In this document: piece after piece, positions 57,869-64,000 of the stretch
How the letters are laid out: each line of letters begins with the position of its first letter
How positions within the stretch are numbered: position 1 is the first letter of the stretch
Assembly (NCBI GenBank): GCA_963822585.1
Contig: CAWGIE010000011.1
Location: 128,001 to 192,000 of the forward strand
Direction: 5' to 3'
DNA from: an uncultured bacterium
GTDB taxonomy: Bacteria; Auribacterota; Erginobacteria; Erginobacterales; Erginobacteraceae
DNA: 64,000 bases
Program-made: the position numbers and the translations under genes
Notes under the pieces: generated by a model
Database searches by the model: none
Seen by the model: the letters and a program-made list of their open reading frames with translations, nothing else
Told to the model about the DNA's origin: nothing

Positions 57869-58474
57869 TCATTCCCAATGAAAACTATTCAGGACTGCTG
57901 TACTTGAAGAAGCCAGAGCACCGGCCTGGTTTCTTTCCGCATCGAGTGTAATTACGACGGCGCAGTCCTCTCCCGTGACATAAGTCCGCACTGCCTGATA
58001 TTCGGCGCCATTCGCCGCGTAGCGATACGTAAGCTGGTATGCGTCGTTTCCGGCTACAGACAGTCTTCGGTAATCTACGCGCTCATAACCGGCCAGCGTT
58101 CTTTTGAGTCGCGGCTCTTCCTGGCTGAGCACCTGCAACTCTGGGGTCGTGTTGTCGGGGATATCCAGCAGCTCGCTTGAAGCTTCGCCGTGAGGCAGTA
58201 TGAAACGGTAGCTTCCCGGCCGCGAAGCAGATTGCAGTTGCCAGAAAGTGGGGACTGATATGGTATAAAAGTTCTCCCTCACGTCTCTATTGTGGTAAAC
58301 ATTCTCCGTAACGGTAGAGCTGGCAAGAGAAACCTGTTTCCTCAAGGCCTGGGATGACGACGGGTTTACCGAAGTACCCGCTCTTTTTTTAGATAGCGGC
58401 CCAAAAGAGTAAACCCAGAGCACGACCAGAGCGACAACTGCCGCGACCAGTACCACGATGACTTTCTTATTCAT
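57869..58474 (-). CDS. Membrane-anchored periplasmic protein (PsbP/DcrB-like fold)
   Basis: N-terminal TM; YTISVPTFW, VAGNDAYQLTYRY, VLNSFHW. Confidence 0.65.
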   Translation of the reverse strand: MNKKVIVVLVAAVVALVVLWVYSFGPLSKKRAGTSVNPSSSQALRKQVSLASSTVTENVYHNRDVRENFYTISVPTFWQLQSASRPGSYRFILPHGEASSELLDIPDNTTPELQVLSQEEPRLKRTLAGYERVDYRRLSVAGNDAYQLTYRYAANGAEYQAVRTYVTGEDCAVVITLDAERNQAGALASSSTAVLNSFHWE

Positions 58475-58631
58475 CTGCTCTCCGTGGACGGGAAACGCGG
58501 GTGCGGCCCGGGAGAGGGCGCATCCGCATTTTCCATACTGTCGTTCAATGCATTATGAATAGCAATCTTGTTTATACAGCGACAGCATTCTGCTTTTTCT
58601 TTTCCGAAAGGACAACATGTTATTCTTTCTC

Positions 58632-58772
58632 TTAACGCTGCCCGCAGAAATAGATCTCTGGCTGTAATTCATTGCCGGAGAATTTGATAAAATTAATATC
58701 TTTTCGTGTGTCTGTTCATTTCATCCTTGTCATGGTTCAAAACTAACCCGATTTATGAATAAATCGGGTTAA
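58632..58772 (+). mobile_element. TTAA-bounded small element ending in a palindrome with 13-bp arms
   Basis: Homologous to 35108-35264; ends TAACCCGATTTAT-GA-ATAAATCGGGTTAA, overlapping the stop codon at 58769. Confidence 0.7.
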
Positions 58773-59353
58773 TCCTCTTCCCAATCCTGGTGACCGTGTC
58801 CGCCTTCCCCGTGATGGCCTGAACCTTCTTCATCATCATTCCCTTCGTCTTTTTCCCTCCGGCCCGTCATTTCCTTGCCCATCATTCCCCTTGCCTTCAT
58901 CTCGCATCCCATCGTCTCGCGGCCCGGCATCCCTGAATCCGCGCCGAATCTGGCCATCAGAGGCTGGCATTTCTCCCACTGCTCGGGGGTGAGAACTTTG
59001 CGAATTTCCACCATCCGCTTGAGCGCGTTCATGGTTTGTGCCTGCCGGGCGGCGCCGATCTGCGTGATCAAATCATCGATCTGCTTTTCGTCCAATGTCT
59101 CCTTCTTGATCAGATAGGCGAACGTAAGCTGGGCGCTCCGGATCTTCGCCTGGACATCGATATCGGCCTTGGCGAACGTGTAGTGGATCTCCTCGATCCG
59201 GGAGACCTGATCCGGGGTGAGCTCCAGTTTCTTGACGATCCCCTCCTTCAGCCAGAACGTGCCTCCGTGGCCGAACTGCTCGGCCCGCAGCGTAGTCACC
59301 GCGATCGACGCGGACGCCACCGCGACCACCGCTATCCACAGCATCTTTTTCAT
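58769..59353 (-). CDS. Spy/CpxP/ZraP family periplasmic protein with a Met/His-rich tail
   Basis: LELTPDQ and VLTPEQ motifs; tail GMMGKEM...GHHGEGGHGH. Confidence 0.85.
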   Translation of the reverse strand: MKKMLWIAVVAVASASIAVTTLRAEQFGHGGTFWLKEGIVKKLELTPDQVSRIEEIHYTFAKADIDVQAKIRSAQLTFAYLIKKETLDEKQIDDLITQIGAARQAQTMNALKRMVEIRKVLTPEQWEKCQPLMARFGADSGMPGRETMGCEMKARGMMGKEMTGRREKDEGNDDEEGSGHHGEGGHGHQDWEED

Positions 59354-59505
59354 CCTCAACACCTCCTTGATTAAGATTTTACCTGGACATCATTCGCTCC
59401 GGTGCAGGGATTGCGAACCCCGGTACGACTTTTGCTCCGCAAAAGGCGTGCCGCGGGGGAGCATACCCTGAAACCGCTTGTGGGGAGATCTTACGCCGGT
59501 TCGCT

Positions 59506-59928
59506 TCAGGGCTTCGTCGCCTGCTGAAGCATCCTCAGCAATTCATTCAGAGCCGCTTTTCCCTTGGGGATATTTATTCTGCTGCTGCGGAGCGCGGAGA
59601 TTGCTTTGTCGAGAGTCTTATCAAGCAGCGTCCACGTCGCCGTGTCTCTGGGTTGCAGCATCTCTTCGTCATCATCCCATGCGGTCTCCAAGTCCGTGAG
59701 CTTGGCCACCATTTCTGTACTCTTGCCGGCGGCGAGCGCATCAAGGGTTTCCTTGGTCAGCGCGATGAACGTTGCCGTCTCCTTTGTCGAATAGACAGCA
59801 GCGGGTATGCTCAACTCCGATGTCTTCTCTTCTTGCGCCGCACTGTCATGGCCTGCAAACAACAGTCCCGCGCCGATCATTATGGCAATGATCCTGCATG
59901 GGGTTGCGATATTCATCTTCTTCTTCAT
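59506..59928 (-). CDS. Small exported helical protein
   Basis: AAGGAG ribosome-binding site, signal peptide, helical body TDLETAWDD...WTLLDKTLDKAISALR. Confidence 0.7.
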   Translation of the reverse strand: MKKKMNIATPCRIIAIMIGAGLLFAGHDSAAQEEKTSELSIPAAVYSTKETATFIALTKETLDALAAGKSTEMVAKLTDLETAWDDDEEMLQPRDTATWTLLDKTLDKAISALRSSRINIPKGKAALNELLRMLQQATKP

Positions 59929-60074
59929 TTCAGCTCCTTTCATCTTTCTTTTTTGTCCGCCCAACTTTCTATTTAACGCGGATAACATTCTTCCCTGCTG
60001 ACATCCCTCCGGGAGCACGCTGCCCCTTTTTTATTAACGATAAGGAGAATGTACCAGAGGGCCTTTGCGCCAGG

Positions 60075-60101
60075 ATGACCGAAAGATTACATTTCCGTCA
60101 T
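60075..60101 (-). promoter_or_regulatory. Putative CusR/CopR-type box, site 3
   Basis: ATGAC-CGAAAG-ATTACA-TTTC-CGTCAT. Confidence 0.65.
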
Positions 60102-61567
60102 CTATCGGAGGGGGGAATCTCCGGGGAGGGGGGGAAATGCAGGGTCAGGCTGGTCCCGCGGCCGGGATCGCTGCGCACTGAAATCGTCCCTCCATGGAGG
60201 GACATGATCGACCGCACGATCGAGAGACCGAGGCCCATCCCCTGGGGATAGAGGCCGCGCGCGCCATCGGCGCGATAGAAGCGATCGAAAACCCGGGGAA
60301 GATCCTCCGCGGATATGCCGACGCCGCTGTCGCTCACCGTCACATCCACGGCGCCATCGGGAAGAGAGGCGATTTCGACGGTGATCCGGCCGCCGGAGGG
60401 GGTGTACTGCAAGGCGTTGGCGAGCAGGTTGCTGACCGCCCGCCGGAAGAGCAGCGAATCGGCGGCCAGATGCGCTTGCCCCCGCACGCTGACATCAACG
60501 CCGTGCTCATCCGCCCAGGGCAGATAGAACTCGCGCACCGCCGCGACTTCTCCGGCAACGTCAAGACGCGCTTTCCGGATGCTTGTTCCCCGATTATCGG
60601 ATCGGGAGATGAACAGAAGATTGTCAATCAGACGGGAGAGACGCTGATATTCTTCCATGCTCGATTCGATGACCTGGCGGTACTCATCCGGGGTGCGCGA
60701 GCGGGAGAGGGCGACCTCCGCTTCGCCCCGGAGATTATTGATCGGCGTGCGCAGTTCATGCGCCAGATCGGCCGAGAAACGGGAAAGACGGGCAAAGGAA
60801 GCCTCCAGGCGATTGAGCATCTCGTCGAAAGCCTCGACCAGGGGGACGATCTCCCGCGGCCAGCCCCCGGCGCCCAGCCGTTCATGCAGATGGGCGGCGC
60901 GGATCCGCGCGACGGAGCGCTCGATCTGCTTGAGGGGTTTCAGCCCCTGACGGATCATCCCCAGGGCGGCAACGGAAGGGACAACAATCCCCAGCAAGAG
61001 AACCATGAACGCGTTCCGGCGGTAATCGGCGAGCAGAGTATTCTCCGGGGATATATCGAGCGCCACCTGGATGACGTACTGGTTTTTGTTTGACGAGGAC
61101 GCGCTATTTATGCCGGTCGCCAGCAAATAGGGAACTTTTTCCGGCGTGGTATATCTTGCGACCAGAACGGAGGGGGGGCTCCCCGTGAGAGAGGGAAAAC
61201 AATCGGAGGGGAGCCGGTTCTCCATCCCGGGGGTGGCGAGAAAAACGCGTCCATCCGGATCACTCAGACGGATATAATACCGGGCAAAGTGACCCTCATC
61301 CACACCCTGGTGGATTTCCCGATCCAGCAATTCAACCCGATCCTCATTTGGTCTCTGCATCAGGATCTCGCTGAGAATGTCGACCTCGCTGAATAAGAAC
61401 TGTTGATTCTTTCTTTCCAGGTACCGGGCGAGCGTCCAATATAAAAAACTGGTGGAAAAGAGCAGCAACCCGAAGGCCGTCAAAGCATACAGCAGGGCCA
61501 GCCGGGCGGTGATCGACCATGATCTTGGAGCACCGGGAGGGGAATTATTTGCGTTCTTCCAGGACAT
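60098..61567 (-). CDS. Heavy-metal sensor histidine kinase (CusS/CzcS-like)
   Basis: [14 protein letters not shown] domain, [28 protein letters not shown]. Confidence 0.92.
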   Translation of the reverse strand: MSWKNANNSPPGAPRSWSITARLALLYALTAFGLLLFSTSFLYWTLARYLERKNQQFLFSEVDILSEILMQRPNEDRVELLDREIHQGVDEGHFARYYIRLSDPDGRVFLATPGMENRLPSDCFPSLTGSPPSVLVARYTTPEKVPYLLATGINSASSSNKNQYVIQVALDISPENTLLADYRRNAFMVLLLGIVVPSVAALGMIRQGLKPLKQIERSVARIRAAHLHERLGAGGWPREIVPLVEAFDEMLNRLEASFARLSRFSADLAHELRTPINNLRGEAEVALSRSRTPDEYRQVIESSMEEYQRLSRLIDNLLFISRSDNRGTSIRKARLDVAGEVAAVREFYLPWADEHGVDVSVRGQAHLAADSLLFRRAVSNLLANALQYTPSGGRITVEIASLPDGAVDVTVSDSGVGISAEDLPRVFDRFYRADGARGLYPQGMGLGLSIVRSIMSLHGGTISVRSDPGRGTSLTLHFPPSPEIPPSDR

Positions 61568-62219
61568 AGCCGACTCCGCGGACGGTATGGATCAGCTTGG
61601 CGGGAAACGGATCATCCACTTTCCGCCGCAGGCGCCTGATCGCCACGTCCACAACGTTTGTGTCGCTATCGAAGAACATGTCCCATACCTGTTCGGCGAT
61701 GATCGTTCGGGAAAGCGGCTCGCCCCGGCGGCGCACCAGAAGCGAAAGCAGAAGAAATTCCTTCGGGGTCAGATCCAGACGCATACCATTGCGGGCGGCC
61801 TTATGCCTCACCAGGTCGATTTCCAGGTCTGCCACCCGTTCGACCTCGGGCTGGCGGCCCGGACCGCGCCGGAGAATGGACCGCACCCGAGCCAACAGTT
61901 CGGAGAAGGCGAACGGCTTGACCAGATAATCATCCGCCCCCAGGTCCAGGCCTTTGACCCGGTCGGGCACCGTGTCGCGGGCGGTTAAAAAAATGACGGG
62001 GGTTTTCTTGCCGGCCCGGCGGGCGGCGGCGAGAACGGACCATCCGTCACGGTCGGGGAGGAGAACATCGAGGATAATCAGGTCATACTCCTCGGTGAGC
62101 GCCAGATGCAACCCGTCTTCTCCCCGCCGGGCCACATCGGCCACAAATCCGCTCTCGGAAAGTCCTTTTTGCAAATAGGCGGCGGTTTTCCGCTCATCTT
62201 CAATTATTAAAATGCGCAT
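61545..62219 (-). CDS. Heavy-metal response regulator (CusR/CzcR-like, OmpR family)
   Basis: [54 protein letters not shown]. Confidence 0.93.
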   Translation of the reverse strand: MRILIIEDERKTAAYLQKGLSESGFVADVARRGEDGLHLALTEEYDLIILDVLLPDRDGWSVLAAARRAGKKTPVIFLTARDTVPDRVKGLDLGADDYLVKPFAFSELLARVRSILRRGPGRQPEVERVADLEIDLVRHKAARNGMRLDLTPKEFLLLSLLVRRRGEPLSRTIIAEQVWDMFFDSDTNVVDVAIRRLRRKVDDPFPAKLIHTVRGVGYVLEERK

Positions 62220-62308
62220 AGGATTATTATCTCTCCCCATCAGCTTAAAATCAAGCTGGATCAGATACCGGAACCTGTTTTATCATGTCTCCGGGCCGGT
62301 TGCTCAAC

Positions 62309-62346
62309 ATTACCGATTTGTAATCTTCAGGTAATTCTTCGGTAAT
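62309..62346 (+). promoter_or_regulatory. Putative CusR/CopR-type box, site 4
   Basis: ATTAC-CGATT-TGTAAT-CTTCAG-GTAAT-TCTTCG-GTAAT. Confidence 0.7.
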
Positions 62347-62405
62347 CTGCTCTTGATATATTTATTACTTATTTAATATTTGGCTTCTGCAGAATAGGGA
62401 AATTT

Positions 62406-62522
62406 GTCATTGCGAGGCCGCAAGGGCGAAGCAATCTCATTTGCGCGGTTATCATCTATTGGATAACAAAACGTGGAGATTGCTTCGTCACCCCGAAAGC
62501 TTTCGTGGTTCCTCGCAATGAC
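62406..62522. repeat. Palindromic element with GTCATTGCGAG...CTCGCAATGAC ends (REP/RPE-like)
   Basis: Outer inverted repeat GTCATTGCGAGG/CCTCGCAATGAC; inner inverted repeat CGAAGCAATCTC/GAGATTGCTTCG. Confidence 0.85.
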
Positions 62523-62572
62523 CCGATAGACCCTATTATGCGGAACCCCTATCCTTCGAGATCGGCTGACTC

Positions 62573-63196
62573 ATGCACAAAGCACTACCGGGAATACGGA
62601 GCTTACCCACAAAGGGCCGCGGGCAGATAACCGCGGTCAGGCTGCCTCTGGCGGTTTTGATACTGCTCTCCCTCCTGCCGGCGGGGTGCGGGTCCCCCGG
62701 CGCGGTCAGGAAGACCGAAGAACTCCCCCCCTGCGTGGTGACGGACATCGATCGCACGATAACCGACGGCCGGTTCCGGATGCGTACCGCACATAAAGTT
62801 CCGCTTCCGAGCGCACAAGAAGCCCTGCGGGAAATCGAGGCGGACGGTGTCAAGATCATCTATCTGAGCAAGCGTCTCGAATGGAAGCGAGCCGAAACCG
62901 TTGAATGGCTGAAATTATGCGGTTTCCCGCGTGGCGAAGAGATTATTCTCAAAAAAACCAAGCAAGAGGACGGGGCTGCGTTCAAGCTGAGGAAACTTGC
63001 CGAGATACGGAAAAAGTTTTATATACTTTACGGATTCGGCAATCCCGATGACGGTAAAATCTACCGCCGGGCCGGGATCAAATCGATTATCCGGGATCCC
63101 TGGCGGGACGAAGACTGGGCGAAGGTATCTAAAAATGTGCCCCAGATACTGGAACAGAAATGGAGAGAGCTTCCGCGGAAAGAGCGCTCGCGTTGA
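62573..63196 (+). CDS. Lipoprotein HAD-like phosphatase (LNS2/lipin-like), paralog 2
   Basis: Lipobox-like LPAGC; VTDIDRTITD, IIYLSKR, GFGNPDD; aligns by eye along its length with 47490-48071. Confidence 0.78.
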   Translation: MHKALPGIRSLPTKGRGQITAVRLPLAVLILLSLLPAGCGSPGAVRKTEELPPCVVTDIDRTITDGRFRMRTAHKVPLPSAQEALREIEADGVKIIYLSKRLEWKRAETVEWLKLCGFPRGEEIILKKTKQEDGAAFKLRKLAEIRKKFYILYGFGNPDDGKIYRRAGIKSIIRDPWRDEDWAKVSKNVPQILEQKWRELPRKERSR

Positions 63197-63303
63197 ATCC
63201 CATCCTATTAAGGACATTGTCATCAAGATAGCGGCTTTGTTTCCGCATCCGGCTGTAGGATTTTCTGCTCGAATCTCGATTTAAGCGGCGTATAGTTACG
63301 ATC

Positions 63304-64000
63304 ATGGAGATGAACACCGTATCACCGAAAACAGGGACCGTGAAGACGCTCATCCCGGCGGTCATCCTTCTCTTCCTGCTCCTCTACATCGTTCCTCTCG
63401 GCCAGCGACCGCTGATCATCCCCGACGAATCCCGCTACGCCGAGATACCCCGGGAGATGCTGGCCTCGGGGGACTGGATCGTTCCCCGTCTCGACGGCTT
63501 CCGCTACTTCGAAAAGCCGGTTCTCGGTTACTGGGCGATCGCGGCGTCAATCGGGACCTTCGGAGAAAACGCCTTCGCCGTCCGGCTGCCCTCCGCCTTG
63601 AGCGCCGGGGCCGCGGCGGTGATCATCTTTATTCTGCTTGCCCGTTTCGGACGCGGCGCGCGGGCGGGGTTTCTGGCCGCGGCGGCATACCTTACCTCCC
63701 TGGAGGTCTTTGCCGTCGGGACCGTTACTGTTCTTGACAGCCTTTTTACTCTGTTCATAACCGCGGCCATGGCCGCCTTCTTTCTCGCCTACCGGAAGGA
63801 GAGACCCGGGAACCGGTCGCGCTTGCTGATTTCGGGGGGCATCTTTGCCGGGCTGGCTTTCCTGACCAAGGGATTTATCGCCTTCGCCATCCCGGTGATC
63901 GTAATTGTCCCCTACATGCTCTGGGAACGGCGGGGGAGAGAACTGTTCCGCAGCTGCTGGGTGCCGGTTCTGGCGGCCGGCCTGATCGCGCTCCCCTGGG
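63304..64000 (+). CDS. arnT: ArnT-family lipid A aminoarabinose transferase-like protein; runs off the window end
   Basis: Translated by hand: RPLIIPDESRYAEIPREMLASGDWIVPRLDGFRYFEKP ... FLTKGF. Confidence 0.85.
   Translation, partial: MEMNTVSPKTGTVKTLIPAVILLFLLLYIVPLGQRPLIIPDESRYAEIPREMLASGDWIVPRLDGFRYFEKPVLGYWAIAASIGTFGENAFAVRLPSALSAGAAAVIIFILLARFGRGARAGFLAAAAYLTSLEVFAVGTVTVLDSLFTLFITAAMAAFFLAYRKERPGNRSRLLISGGIFAGLAFLTKGFIAFAIPVIVIVPYMLWERRGRELFRSCWVPVLAAGLIALPW

Overview
A mostly GC-rich bacterial chromosomal window with an AT-rich block at about 28.1-33.4 kb. In order: (1) a partial secreted protein; (2) a compact divergent operon encoding a LysM/coiled-coil protein, a FliF(ring)-FliG fusion with a duplicated torque domain, FlbD/SwrD, MotA and two MotB, with no rod, hook, filament, export or switch genes in the window; (3) a surface-polysaccharide cluster; (4) ispG-rseP-dxr-cdsA-uppS-clpX-clpP-tig; (5) tRNA-Gly(GCC), plus an intact tRNA-Leu(TAG) nested inside a hairpin-disrupted second copy; (6) an AT-rich block with a GT-C glycosyltransferase and a disrupted FG-GAP/DUF2341/LamG gene, then Phd-VapC next to tRNA-Gln(CTG); (7) hpt, rubredoxin, frameshifted dnaJ, envelope-glycan genes, mgtC-like, glgA(GlgM)-glgE (frameshifted) and lptF/G; (8) a ~15 kb heavy-metal-response region (RND+TolC with no adaptor, ABC module, Spy/CpxP-like protein, CusRS-like pair) bracketed by two paralogous HAD-like genes and carrying four copies of a likely regulator box; (9) partial arnT. 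Intergenic DNA is dense in small repeat elements: inverted 9-bp and 7-bp microsatellite arms, TTAA-bounded elements and GNA-triloop palindromes. The best candidate for an undescribed system is the filament-less rotary motor operon at 965-6679. All calls come from motif recognition by eye; no database searches were run.
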